Source: a virus. From it: DNA of 64,000 nucleotides. The translations under genes and the position numbers were made by a program. Below the pieces are notes generated by a model. It made no database searches. It saw nothing but the letters and a program-made list of their open reading frames with translations, and was not told the origin of the DNA. Location of the stretch: the IMG/VR virus record IMGVR_UViG_3300021958_000038, one strand, 5' to 3'. Of this stretch, positions 27,237-36,899 are shown in pieces (positions within the stretch are counted from its first letter, which is position 1; each line of letters opens with the position of its first letter).

Positions 27237-28294
27237 AATACTTCCAAGTTTTGTGCTTCAGTATAAAGCTTTCTCAATTCAACTTTTAAATGGTCTTTAT
27301 CTAAATCTGTATCTACAGCATCGACATATGAATCAAGCAATTCAGTAGTATCTTCTAGTGAAACTTTGTCGTCTTCTACGCTATCACCTAGATACTCTTC
27401 AAATGATTCTGCAATCTTTAATTCGTATGTTTCAATACTTTGTAATTTGTCGACAAATTTATCGAACATGTACAAGTCGTTTTTATTAATAACAATCAGC
27501 TTAATAAATTTCTTTTCAAACTGACTCATATCTATTTCATCATAATTTACTTTTGTGTCATCATAAATTACCTTTTTGAACATCGTGATTGGATTTCTTA
27601 CAGCTTCAATTTCTCTTGTTTCTGTATCTAATACATGGAAGTATTTTGGGTCATCTACATCAGCCCAAGTAAATTCCATTTGAGAACCAAGATATGTGAC
27701 ATTGTCTCTTGATGATTTAGTATGAAAATGGCCAGATAGAACCATTTCAAATCTCTCAAATACATCAGCACTCATTCCATGTGGATTGGGTACTCCAGGT
27801 AATAAATCAAATCCTTTTAGCTCTAAATGTGCACCAAGAATAGATGCTTTACAATTCATAGCCCATTTAGTATATTCTTGGTAATTACTATTATTAATCC
27901 ATGGAATTACAGCAACTTTACAGCCTGCATAATCCAAGACTTTTGGTTTCATAATAATGTTGACATTTGAAGTAAAATATCCGAGCAACTCTTTGAGTGA
28001 GCACAACTCATTAGTATTTTTAAAATACACATCGTGATTGCCAGGAATGATATCCATAGTAATACCAGCATCCCGCATAGGCTCAAGAAAATGTTTGCGA
28101 TTTTGATTAAGAGCTTTAAAATTGACGAATTTTCTGTGTTCATAATAATCACCTAAATGCAAAATATTCTTGATGTTATGTTCTTTTAGATATGGGAAGA
28201 ATACTTCTTCATAAAATCTTTCTTGGTATCTAAGAAAAATGTCACTTGAATTTCTTACACCACAATGGGTGTCGTTTAATATAGCTACTTTCAT
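27233..28294 (-). CDS. gp47: Recombination endonuclease subunit gp47 (Mre11/SbcD-like)
   Basis: DTHCG, HLGDYY, GNHD, GAHLE, SGHFH. Confidence 0.97.
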   Translation of the reverse strand: MKVAILNDTHCGVRNSSDIFLRYQERFYEEVFFPYLKEHNIKNILHLGDYYEHRKFVNFKALNQNRKHFLEPMRDAGITMDIIPGNHDVYFKNTNELCSLKELLGYFTSNVNIIMKPKVLDYAGCKVAVIPWINNSNYQEYTKWAMNCKASILGAHLELKGFDLLPGVPNPHGMSADVFERFEMVLSGHFHTKSSRDNVTYLGSQMEFTWADVDDPKYFHVLDTETREIEAVRNPITMFKKVIYDDTKVNYDEIDMSQFEKKFIKLIVINKNDLYMFDKFVDKLQSIETYELKIAESFEEYLGDSVEDDKVSLEDTTELLDSYVDAVDTDLDKDHLKVELRKLYTEAQNLEVL

Positions 28295-28863
28295 TATTTC
28301 ATGAATAGCTCAAGCTTTTGTTGAGCCTTTTCTTTTTTAGCAAATTTCTTAACTTTCTCATCGTTTGTTTTAACTCTTGCAATTCTAGTTTTTAGAGTAT
28401 CAACATACGCCATAGTTTCAGCTGCCATTTCGCCATCCATTCCGGCTTGAACAAATTCTTCAATTCCCATTCTTTCGATAAATCTAAATTTAATATCTTG
28501 TTGCTTCTTCTCTTTAGTAATTCTTCTGATAAAAGCAAAGTAACAAATTTGAGTAAAGTATGAGAATGCATTTGGTTTACCTGTTCTTGTAGCTGTTTCA
28601 AGATTATAGTTTCCTATTGCTCTTAAACAATTTTCTACTGCATCCATAACCATTTCTTCACGATAAGTATACCTCACGAAGTTCGGTCTATGGGATAATC
28701 CTTCTGCAATTTTAATAAAGCATTTAGCAATATAGTCAGTAACTTTCGGAATATCTTTTCCTTTACTTTCTGCTAAATTCTTATCAGTAACATAATCCAT
28801 TACTGCTTGAGAGAATTCTCTGTTATTTACATAGTGTGGTTTTTCTTTTGGTTTTAAAGCCAT
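28294..28863 (-). CDS. gp55: Late sigma factor gp55
   Basis: HYVNNREF, IAEGLSHRPNF..YTYREEMVMDAVENC, NAFSYFTQI..AFIRRI.KEKKQ. Confidence 0.97.
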   Translation of the reverse strand: MALKPKEKPHYVNNREFSQAVMDYVTDKNLAESKGKDIPKVTDYIAKCFIKIAEGLSHRPNFVRYTYREEMVMDAVENCLRAIGNYNLETATRTGKPNAFSYFTQICYFAFIRRITKEKKQQDIKFRFIERMGIEEFVQAGMDGEMAAETMAYVDTLKTRIARVKTNDEKVKKFAKKEKAQQKLELFMK

Positions 28864-28889
28864 AGTTGGGTTTCCTCCATAATTTGTAT

Positions 28890-28918
28890 ATTATACCATA
28901 ACTTAAGGGTTTTGTACA
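28890..28918 (-). promoter_or_regulatory. Promoter TGTACA-N17-TATAAT upstream of gp55
   Basis: tgtaca aaacccttaagttatgg tataat. Confidence 0.75.
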
Positions 28919-28961
28919 GGATTAATCTTGGTTTTTATTTGCATTATTTTGCAGAAAACAC

Positions 28962-28990
28962 TGTACAAAACGTTGTTTATAGTATATAAT
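28962..28990 (+). promoter_or_regulatory. Same-class promoter on the plus strand (antisense orientation)
   Basis: gcagaaaacac-tgtaca aaacgttgtttatagta tataat. Confidence 0.6.
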
Positions 28991-29026
28991 AGTATTGTAT
29001 ACTGGGGCGGGGAAGATATAGCTATG

Positions 29027-29440
29027 TCAATGCAGTATCTTCTTTGAAGGTAGTTCATCTTCTTCATAATAATAGTCCTCTTCTTCAGCCACCTGAGTCG
29101 CATACTCTTTCAAAACATCTTGATACTGTTGTAACATCTCACTTTCACCAGCCAACAGTTCACCGGTGGGAGCTCTCATCTGAAGTACATAACCTAAATA
29201 CTTTTGCTTTAAAGAATCATCAACTTTAACGCTACATAAGACTCTATTCTTTAAAAATTTAAATAGTGTACTTGATGAAAATGGAAAGTATGGACTTAGA
29301 TTATAGGTACCAATCATGTTTTTAATAACAGCACATGGTCTCTCTACTAACATATTGTCATCATTATTTCGACTAACAAGTGCGATAATTTCATCTCCGT
29401 TAATCATCTTAATATGTCTAATATCCATTTTATTTTCCAT
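29027..29440 (-). CDS. Conserved T4-like small protein (Sm-like fold)
   Basis: IRHIKMINGDEIIA; standard position between uvsW and 55. Confidence 0.65.
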   Translation of the reverse strand: MENKMDIRHIKMINGDEIIALVSRNNDDNMLVERPCAVIKNMIGTYNLSPYFPFSSSTLFKFLKNRVLCSVKVDDSLKQKYLGYVLQMRAPTGELLAGESEMLQQYQDVLKEYATQVAEEEDYYYEEDELPSKKILH

Positions 29441-29445
29441 ATATC

Positions 29446-29453
29446 TATTTATA
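29446..29453 (-). promoter_or_regulatory. Late promoter TATAAATA, 5 nt before ATG
   Basis: tataaata-gatat-atg. Confidence 0.7.
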
Positions 29454-30945
29454 TCTTTACTTCGTGTATCTCGTAATTAAATTTTTCTTTACTGTATATT
29501 TTAATTCTTTCGGCTGCATGATTTAATGTATAATTCTTCTTTGATTTCCAGTGCATATCATCAGCTAAATCATAAACTACAGTATTTCTTCCATCATTAC
29601 TTTTTCTTAATCCTCGTCCTATTGACTGAAGGACTCTAATTTGGCTTTTAGTAGGGCTGGCAAAGATAATATTATGAAGATTACGAATATTAATACCAGT
29701 AGAAAAGGTACCCATGGAAGCAACAATAATGGCATTGGTCTGTGTCTCGGTAATCTCACGGATTGATTCTCTGGTATCGACATCTGTTTCTCCTGATACA
29801 TAAAAAAGTTTCCTATCTTTATTTATCTTTTCTGATAGCATATCATGCAATGGTTTACCATGTTTATCTACAAACTGAAATAAGATTAGTGTATTACCAT
29901 TTTGGTCTAATGCTAGATTAGAAATAAAATTATTCCTAGGTATATATTTGACAATATAATCTACTTCTTCCTGGTATTTTCTTTTAGCCATTTCTTTACA
30001 TATAGCATCTTCGTATTTCATTAACAATATTTTAATATCTAATTTGGCTAAATCTTTATTGTCCATTAATTTTTTCGTCGTCGTAACTTGGTGGACAGGA
30101 CCAAATAATCCTTCTAATACTAACTGATGAGTTTGTGTTCCATCTAATGTACCAGTAGTTCCAATCCTATATTTTGCTTCAGTACATTTTTCTAATATTG
30201 CCGTAAGTGACTTAGCTTTAAAATTATGTGCTTCATCACCTATAACCATGCCAAATTTTTGGAACCATTGAGGCCCTAATTTATAGATTGATTGCCATGT
30301 AGTAATAGTAACTCTTTCGTTATAGTTATATTTGTCTCTACCTGCATATATTCTATGACAATTTTTATCACAATCCCAAGTGTCCTTACTTGAGTAGTCA
30401 GCAAAATCAGAATACATCTGTTCTACCAATGATGTAGTAGGGACAATTATTAACACATTATCCTCGTACATTTCAAGGTAATATCTCAGTGCCATATAAA
30501 TGATTAATGACTTCCCAGAAGCAGTTGGTGATAATAAAAGGCTTTTAGTTTCTTTTAACAAGAGCGAGAAGGCATCTATTTGGTAATCCCTGGGGGATAT
30601 ATCCTCTCCATTCACGCTAGCCGTCAAATTGGCCAAAAAGGTGTCAATGTCATGATTTAGCACCTCGTCAGGAGTGCCATAGAAGGCATCTTCTTTACAG
30701 ACAATATCGTATTGCCTTTCATTTGCGAATTGTGTAAGATACTTATATAGTCCAGTATATAAAGTTTTCTTTCTCATATCGTATAATCGTATTTTTCCAT
30801 CCCACATACGATTTTTATATGCTGGCATAAACTTATAACCAGGTACATAAAAACAAAAATGTTCTGATAACTCTTGTTCTACGCTTGGTTCTGTTTTAAT
30901 TTCTAAAAAAGCTTCGTTTCGCTTTTTAACTTCAATAATGTCCAT
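29449..30945 (-). CDS. uvsW: DNA helicase UvsW
   Basis: SPTASGKS, GDEAH, GTTGTL, TFSTGINI, QSIGRGLR. Confidence 0.97.
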   Translation of the reverse strand: MDIIEVKKRNEAFLEIKTEPSVEQELSEHFCFYVPGYKFMPAYKNRMWDGKIRLYDMRKKTLYTGLYKYLTQFANERQYDIVCKEDAFYGTPDEVLNHDIDTFLANLTASVNGEDISPRDYQIDAFSLLLKETKSLLLSPTASGKSLIIYMALRYYLEMYEDNVLIIVPTTSLVEQMYSDFADYSSKDTWDCDKNCHRIYAGRDKYNYNERVTITTWQSIYKLGPQWFQKFGMVIGDEAHNFKAKSLTAILEKCTEAKYRIGTTGTLDGTQTHQLVLEGLFGPVHQVTTTKKLMDNKDLAKLDIKILLMKYEDAICKEMAKRKYQEEVDYIVKYIPRNNFISNLALDQNGNTLILFQFVDKHGKPLHDMLSEKINKDRKLFYVSGETDVDTRESIREITETQTNAIIVASMGTFSTGINIRNLHNIIFASPTKSQIRVLQSIGRGLRKSNDGRNTVVYDLADDMHWKSKKNYTLNHAAERIKIYSKEKFNYEIHEVKI

Positions 30946-30957
30946 TTCGGTATAATC

Positions 30958-31404
30958 TTATATCCCACTAGTAAACTTATTCCATTCTATAATGTTTTTA
31001 ATATTCTGATGTCGCCATTTAATGTTTTCTAAAATTTCTTTTAGTGTATCAACTATTTCTTGAGCGTATTGTATTTTGGCCTGATGGTCTTGTATCATAG
31101 GGTCGGAGTCATAAAACTTATCCATATCACCTTTAAGAACTGTAAGTCCATTCATAGGGTCATATGTCCATCCTAATTCGTCTATTTCCTCCTTACTCAA
31201 TTTGCCGTTATAATGTAACCATTTGTTCTTAAGTAGCACTTTAAAGTCATTATCTAGCTTTTTAACTTTAAGCTTATTGACTGAATAAATTTCTAGGTAT
31301 TTGGAATGGAGTTTGGCTGAGTCTCTGGCAGATTTATCTAGGTCAATTTTATCAATAAGACAATCTTTTTTCCACATTTCATGTATCTGTTCTAATGTAT
31401 TCAT
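30958..31404 (-). CDS. uvsY: Recombination mediator UvsY
   Basis: LHSKYL, KWLHYNGK, WRHQNIKNIIEW; position next to uvsW. Confidence 0.9.
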   Translation of the reverse strand: MNTLEQIHEMWKKDCLIDKIDLDKSARDSAKLHSKYLEIYSVNKLKVKKLDNDFKVLLKNKWLHYNGKLSKEEIDELGWTYDPMNGLTVLKGDMDKFYDSDPMIQDHQAKIQYAQEIVDTLKEILENIKWRHQNIKNIIEWNKFTSGI

Positions 31405-31435
31405 AATTTCCTCATAATCATATCATATATTATAT

Positions 31436-31464
31436 ATTATACCATTAAAAATGATATTTGTACA
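31436..31464 (-). promoter_or_regulatory. Promoter TGTACA-N17-TATAAT upstream of uvsY
   Basis: aaacactgtaca...atggtataat. Confidence 0.75.
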
Positions 31465-31468
31465 GTGT

Positions 31469-31930
31469 TTATTTAAATTCGTACGTAGTATATTGAAACG
31501 ATACTGTAGCTTTTAAATATTCAACATCACCTGCTGTATCAAAGGATAGTTCACTAATACTTATTGGAAATATTGAATTAAATTTTACTTCCTTTGCTAT
31601 GTTATTATGAGAATTCATAATAAGCAAGGTCGCATCAGATTTAAAATCACCTTTTTGGTTTACAATACGATGCATCCAATTAGTAATTTCTAGATAATTA
31701 TCCATATCTTCAGTAACGTTAAAGGTAATAGATAATTCGGAAAATTCTAGCCTATCGCCAGTTTCGGTAAATGTTCCGCCACGATATCCTAAATCTACGT
31801 TTCCTAAATTAATTCCTGGTAAATTCACAGCTGTGCAAAAATATTCTACATTTGCAAATTGGTCTCTATCAATAGAAAACTGAAATCCGACAGGTGATAA
31901 AAAGTTTTTGTTTGTAGTTAATGTACTCAT
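31469..31930 (-). CDS. gp3: Tail completion/terminator protein gp3
   Basis: NFLSPVGFQF, VNLPGINLG, GDRLEFSEL, DMDNYLEI.NW. Confidence 0.85.
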   Translation of the reverse strand: MSTLTTNKNFLSPVGFQFSIDRDQFANVEYFCTAVNLPGINLGNVDLGYRGGTFTETGDRLEFSELSITFNVTEDMDNYLEITNWMHRIVNQKGDFKSDATLLIMNSHNNIAKEVKFNSIFPISISELSFDTAGDVEYLKATVSFQYTTYEFK

Positions 31931-31935
31931 ATATC

Positions 31936-31943
31936 TATTTATA
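31936..31943 (-). promoter_or_regulatory. Late promoter TATAAATA, 5 nt before gp3 ATG
   Basis: tataaata-gatat-atg. Confidence 0.72.
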
Positions 31944-31946
31944 AGC

Positions 31947-31974
31947 AAAAAAGAGGGGATTTAAAATCCCCTCT
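31947..31974 (-). terminator. Rho-independent terminator after gene 23
   Basis: agaggggatt-tta-aatcccctct followed by a T-run. Confidence 0.8.
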
Positions 31975-32001
31975 AAAATGAATCTGATTAATTAACCAGG
32001 T

Positions 32002-33315
32002 TTACACCATGATGTCATCAATTCTGAAGATTCTGAAGTATGGGTTAGACCTGTCTGTACCAGCTCCTGATGCTACGCCCACGAATGGGTTTTGTTGCAT
32101 TCCATATCTTGTTTTGAATCCGATTCTTGGTTGGAAATCACTCTCCCCAACTGCTTTAACCATTGTTAAAGGTACGTATGGGCAGTAGAAAAGACCAGCG
32201 TCATAAGGATTTGAACCTCTGTAACCTACACAAGCGAAGTCAACAGTTGCATAAGGGTCGATATAGACCTTTAATTTACCGTTAAGAACACCAGCGAAAG
32301 TGTTACCAGTATCATCAACATTTAAGTCTGTTGATAATGCAGGTGTGTAATCCATTTGACCAGCAGCTGCTAAAGCTGAAGCTACGTCTGAAGAAACGAT
32401 AACAAAGTTACCTTTGCCTCTTCTTGTTTCTTTAGCAATTACGTTAGCTTCTCTTTCGAGTTGCATGATTAGGCCTTTAAATTTCTCAACCATCCATCTG
32501 CCGTCTGAGTCTGTAGCGACATCAAAGATACCAGATACTGCTGTTGATGATTGTGTAGCACCGATTTTAGCTTTTGTTAGAATAGTTCTAACCACTTCTC
32601 TATTGATTTCCGCAAGGATTTCAGAAGATAAGATATTTGCTAATTCGCCTTCAGCATCCAACCCGTGGATTGCTTTAAGGTCTTGTGCTAATTCCATTGT
32701 GTACTCAGCTTTTAGAGCTCTTGACTTAGCTTCTACTGTAGCTTTTTCGATTGAGAAAGCCATTTCGCCGAATGAACCACCAGTGTTACCTAGTGCTTCA
32801 GCATCAGCTGTAGCTAAACCAGCACCGAATGTTGAAACTGTATCAGCTTCGTCAGCGATTGTTGCGTCTGAATCAGCGTCAGTTACACCACCCAAACCTG
32901 TTGGTTCAGCTTGATGAGTACCAGTACCTGAGAAGTCAGTATCAGCTTCGTTAAATAACGCTTCTGTACCACCTTGTGTACTGTATTTTGATTTCATCGC
33001 AAAGATTAATCCTGTTGGTCCAGTCATTGGCTGAACACCACAGATATCATAAGCGATTAAGTTAGGCATTGCTCTTCTAACAAGAGAGATAAGCACAGGG
33101 TCAAAGTTTGATACGTTTGAACCAGTAGCGTTAGCTGCTGTTTCAGAAATCATATTACCTTGTGCATGTGCTGCTTCTTGTCTTAGGGCAACTTCCTGGT
33201 TTTCTAATAAGCGAGCTGTTACTGCTCTCTTATATCTGTCCTTGATTTCAGGTGCACTTTCGTGCTCTAAAACAGGACCCCATTTTTCTATTAATTGTGA
33301 ATCTGCATTAAACAT
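32002..33315 (-). CDS. gp23: Major capsid protein gp23
   Basis: DPVLISLVRR, VQPMTGPTGLIFA, KSRALKAEYT.ELAQDLKA.HGLDAE, FYCPYVPL, GFKTRYG. Confidence 0.99.
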   Translation of the reverse strand: MFNADSQLIEKWGPVLEHESAPEIKDRYKRAVTARLLENQEVALRQEAAHAQGNMISETAANATGSNVSNFDPVLISLVRRAMPNLIAYDICGVQPMTGPTGLIFAMKSKYSTQGGTEALFNEADTDFSGTGTHQAEPTGLGGVTDADSDATIADEADTVSTFGAGLATADAEALGNTGGSFGEMAFSIEKATVEAKSRALKAEYTMELAQDLKAIHGLDAEGELANILSSEILAEINREVVRTILTKAKIGATQSSTAVSGIFDVATDSDGRWMVEKFKGLIMQLEREANVIAKETRRGKGNFVIVSSDVASALAAAGQMDYTPALSTDLNVDDTGNTFAGVLNGKLKVYIDPYATVDFACVGYRGSNPYDAGLFYCPYVPLTMVKAVGESDFQPRIGFKTRYGMQQNPFVGVASGAGTDRSNPYFRIFRIDDIMV

Positions 33316-33332
33316 TTTCGTTTTCCCTATAG

Positions 33333-34454
33333 TTATTTATTAAATTTAGTTATAGCTTGTGTGTATCTAGCCATTGGGTCTGATAAATCGATATCGATTG
33401 AATCTTCTCCAATAACACTAGCTACTTCATCAGCTGTTTCATTAACTTCTTTAGTGAAGTATGATTCTTTAACAGTTTTAACTTTCATTTCGAAAGATTC
33501 TCTGTTATCAAATTCAATATCTTCTACTAATGATGCTAATTTTTCAGCTTCAGTTTCAGCAAGCCCTGATGATTGTTCTCTTACTACTTCGTTCTTTTCA
33601 AATTCTTGAACTGATTGATGTAGTTTAATATTATCATCTGTGGATTTATTGAGTTGCTCCTCTAGCTCAGTAACTTGTTCTGATAAATCATCAACAAGGT
33701 CAACTTTACCTTCTGGAACTTCAATATAATGTTCTTTGAACACTGTTTGTAAAGAAGTCATGAATTCTTCAGCAATTTCGGTTCTTAAACCATTAGTTAC
33801 TGCGACTTCATTTTCCTTCATCCAATTTTCAACTACATAGTTAAGATATGAATCTACCTTCTCTACTAAGTTTGATTGAATTTCAGATACCTCTTCTTCT
33901 AGGTTTTTTGCATACTCTGCATCAAGATTTTCGATGTGTTGTGAAAGTTTAGATGTTAACACAGCTTCAAAAATAGCTCCTGCTTTTCCTTTGAATTCAT
34001 CGGAAAGAGTTGCTTCTTCTGAAATTAGTGCATCTAAATCTTCGTCAAAGTCAGTTGATTCAACCTTTGCTTTAGCACCAGGTGCTACAGCTTTAGGCGC
34101 TTTTTTAATAGCGTTTCCTACTGAACCGTCATCTTCTGACTCATCCATTTTCGTCATCTTGGAGAAGAGTTTTTGCGCGTCTTCTTTTCTAGCTTTCTTT
34201 AGGATTTCGACTGCAGCTTGGATAACACCGGCTTTAGTTTTAGGAACGGCAATAGCTTCGGCTTTAGACTCATGTTCTTCTTCTTCGTCTTCTTCCTCTT
34301 CTTCGTGTCCGTCTTCTTCTACTTCTTCCTTTTTCTTATCCTCTTCTAGAGATTCCTCGTCTAAATTCTCATCTTCAACGAGCTCTTCCTCTTGAAGCTC
34401 TTCAGCCACATCCTCTTCGACTAGATTTTCGTTTTTTACATCTTCGAGTGACAT
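33333..34454 (-). CDS. gp22: Prohead core scaffold gp22
   Basis: Acidic N-terminus, IFEAVL, VDSYLNYVVENW, GLRTEIAEEF, IEVPEGKVD. Confidence 0.92.
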   Translation of the reverse strand: MSLEDVKNENLVEEDVAEELQEEELVEDENLDEESLEEDKKKEEVEEDGHEEEEEDEEEEHESKAEAIAVPKTKAGVIQAAVEILKKARKEDAQKLFSKMTKMDESEDDGSVGNAIKKAPKAVAPGAKAKVESTDFDEDLDALISEEATLSDEFKGKAGAIFEAVLTSKLSQHIENLDAEYAKNLEEEVSEIQSNLVEKVDSYLNYVVENWMKENEVAVTNGLRTEIAEEFMTSLQTVFKEHYIEVPEGKVDLVDDLSEQVTELEEQLNKSTDDNIKLHQSVQEFEKNEVVREQSSGLAETEAEKLASLVEDIEFDNRESFEMKVKTVKESYFTKEVNETADEVASVIGEDSIDIDLSDPMARYTQAITKFNK

Positions 34455-34463
34455 AACGTTCTC

Positions 34464-35120
34464 CTATATTTTAGAGTTTAGTTTAGAGAGGAAACTTTTG
34501 AATGCTTTGATTTCAACGTTTGAATCGCCTACTTTCCTTGCTCTCGTTATTTCAGTCTCAATTTCTTCAATTTCTTGTGGAACTAATACACCGTTTTCCC
34601 ATATCCAATCAACGCCTTCCATAATACCATTAACAAATGCCTCAGGAGCACTAGGGTCCTGGACAATATCAACAGTAGCTAATAGAAAGTCGTTATTTAC
34701 ATACGTTGTACCTCGTTTATTCACAAGACTACCCATACCACGACTTGATACCCCAAGCTTAACTCCACCCTCTAATAAACCTTTTACGATTTGTCCCATA
34801 GGGGTGTCTAAGATTGAAGCCTTTCCAACAACATTACTTCCTTCCCATTTGAGGTCTGTAATTTTGTGTGAAACTTTATCAAGATTGATAGTCGGTCCAT
34901 CTGGGTGATTTAATTCACCGACCGCTCTACCAGTCTTTACTTGTTCTTTGACATATTTGTCGACTGCCGCTTCGAGAATACCTTTCTCGTATATACGGCC
35001 ATTACGGTTCTTTTGGTCCGCTTGCATAAATACACCTTCGATTGCAAGTGACTTTTTACCGTTTACTTTTTCTTCGATAACTTCTAAATCGCTATCGATA
35101 TATTCTGCTATTAATTTCAT
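34464..35120 (-). CDS. gp21: Prohead protease gp21
   Basis: NRNGRIY, GELNHP, VSSRGMGSL, DIVQDPSAPEAFV. Confidence 0.97.
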   Translation of the reverse strand: MKLIAEYIDSDLEVIEEKVNGKKSLAIEGVFMQADQKNRNGRIYEKGILEAAVDKYVKEQVKTGRAVGELNHPDGPTINLDKVSHKITDLKWEGSNVVGKASILDTPMGQIVKGLLEGGVKLGVSSRGMGSLVNKRGTTYVNNDFLLATVDIVQDPSAPEAFVNGIMEGVDWIWENGVLVPQEIEEIETEITRARKVGDSNVEIKAFKSFLSKLNSKI

Positions 35121-35299
35121 TATTCGTTATCTGCGGTTTTTGTAATAACCTCGTCTCTATTTACCATTCCTGATGCAATATCAATCTTTTTGGCATCCAG
35201 AGCGTCGGATATCTTTTGGCCCATAGAAGTTTCAAACTCCTTCTGTGCTGTTACATTATCACCATCATTTAAAGCTTTAATTAAATTTTCAACATTCAT
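35120..35299 (-). CDS. Prohead core protein (gp67-like, 59 aa, not in the ORF track)
   Basis: MNVENLIKALNDGDNVTAQKEFETSMGQKISDALDAKKIDIAS...; stop overlaps gp21 ATG; position between 20 and 21. Confidence 0.75.
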   Translation of the reverse strand: MNVENLIKALNDGDNVTAQKEFETSMGQKISDALDAKKIDIASGMVNRDEVITKTADNE

Positions 35300-35317
35300 A
35301 ATTTTTTCCTTCTGTAT

Positions 35318-35325
35318 TATTTATA
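35318..35325 (-). promoter_or_regulatory. Late promoter TATAAATA (67-21-22-23)
   Basis: Exact TATAAATA, intergenic. Confidence 0.75.
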
Positions 35326-35331
35326 AGATTA

Positions 35332-36840
35332 CTATGCCCAACGTGGGTCATCTGGGTCAGGAGCCATATCGTCTCCACTCTTTTTCTCTTTATCAATTTG
35401 TTTCTGAATATCTTTAATATCTTCATCATCAAATTGTAACACATTTTTTCTAACCCATTCATTAGAAATAAATGTTCCCACATATTCGTCAAGAGCACCT
35501 AACATATCAAATCTTTCTCTCCAGATTTCTGCTTGTTTTAGCTCTGCAAAATAATTATCTTCGATAAAGTTATAGCTAATCTGATTCTTCCAACTATTCC
35601 AATCATCTTTAGTAATTATACCTTTTAACAATAATTGAGTCCTTAATAGTTGCATGAATAAATCTGAGAATCTTTTTCTTAATCTATCGATGAATTTTTT
35701 AAACTTTACTTCGTCTCTGGTTATTTCTGAAGCTCTACCTAAACTAAACTGGGCTTCTTGTTCTAACCTATTCATTGGAACATTTAATGATTTATATAGT
35801 TTCTTTTGGAAGTATATAATATCATCAATCTGTCCTAGGTTTTCGCCACCAGGTAATGTTGAGATTTCTGTTCCTCTTCCACCTTCTCTACGAGGTAAGA
35901 AAAAGTCCTCTAACATTGACATATGTTTCTTGTCGTCTTTAATATCTCCTGTTTTAGCATCATAAATCAGTTTGTTTCTATACTGACCCATAATGTTTTT
36001 CAAATATTCTTCTGCTTTACCTTTTGGTAAGTTACCAACATCGATATAGAATATTCTTCTTTCAGGAGCTCTTGAAATTCTGTAGATAACCAATGAATCT
36101 TCCATCATTCTTAATTGGTTAACTGGTTTAATTGCTTTTTGCAAATATGATAAAATTCTTTTTCTGCTTGTGTCTAATACACCAGATGTTGCATAAGCAA
36201 TAGCATCGGGGTGAATTTTTAACCCCTGATTGGCTTGACCCATTTTATTATCTGAAAATAAGAAATATTCTTTTTGTTTCTTAATTATTTTTGCACCAGT
36301 CTTTGGGTCTTCTTCCTCTTCGATTTCTTTGACCTTTCTTAATTTAGTAGGGTCAATATATCTTAATTCTTTAATACCAGTTTTTGCATTTTCAGAATCA
36401 ATAATAATATGATATGGTAATCTACCATCAACATACCATCTTCTAAAAATATCGTGCGCGTATTGGTTAAAGTTTAATAAGCCTAATAAGTGTTGAAATT
36501 CTTCTTGTAATGTCTTTTTAATTTTATCCGAAGCTTCCACTTGGTCTAAAACTAATCTAACAGGAACTTCTACATTATCGCCAATAATAGCTTCATTCAC
36601 TATATCTTCAATAGCGGCATCGCACTCAGGCTGTGACGCTATATCTCTATATTTGTAAATAAGTTCAATTTCATTTTTAGCCTTGTCACCATCTAAATCT
36701 AGGTAAGCACCAAAATGACCACCTGCTTGAATTACACCAGCACCATCTTCATCTGTATTAGGTACAAATGATGGTCTAACTGCATCTACGCCTGTGTTTG
36801 AACCTTTACGTTTTATTTCAAAACCAAAAAATTCTGCCAT
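35332..36840 (-). CDS. gp20: Portal protein gp20
   Basis: FRRWYVDGR, RAPERRIFYIDVGNLPK.KAEEY, EDFFLPRREGGRGTEI.TLPGG. Confidence 0.98.
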   Translation of the reverse strand: MAEFFGFEIKRKGSNTGVDAVRPSFVPNTDEDGAGVIQAGGHFGAYLDLDGDKAKNEIELIYKYRDIASQPECDAAIEDIVNEAIIGDNVEVPVRLVLDQVEASDKIKKTLQEEFQHLLGLLNFNQYAHDIFRRWYVDGRLPYHIIIDSENAKTGIKELRYIDPTKLRKVKEIEEEEDPKTGAKIIKKQKEYFLFSDNKMGQANQGLKIHPDAIAYATSGVLDTSRKRILSYLQKAIKPVNQLRMMEDSLVIYRISRAPERRIFYIDVGNLPKGKAEEYLKNIMGQYRNKLIYDAKTGDIKDDKKHMSMLEDFFLPRREGGRGTEISTLPGGENLGQIDDIIYFQKKLYKSLNVPMNRLEQEAQFSLGRASEITRDEVKFKKFIDRLRKRFSDLFMQLLRTQLLLKGIITKDDWNSWKNQISYNFIEDNYFAELKQAEIWRERFDMLGALDEYVGTFISNEWVRKNVLQFDDEDIKDIQKQIDKEKKSGDDMAPDPDDPRWA

Positions 36841-36888
36841 GTTTATCCTCAAATATTATCGGAGGGAAATTAATCCCTCCTCAAATAT

Positions 36889-36896
36889 TATTTATA
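36889..36896 (-). promoter_or_regulatory. Late promoter TATAAATA (gp20)
   Basis: Exact TATAAATA, intergenic. Confidence 0.75.
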
Positions 36897-36899
36897 ACC

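Noticed and set aside
28903-29229. Short ORFs 28903-29103 (-) and 29044-29229 (+) near the divergent promoters
   Set aside because: No RBS, overlap real genes or promoters, no recognisable motifs; cannot support a plus-strand gene for the antisense promoter
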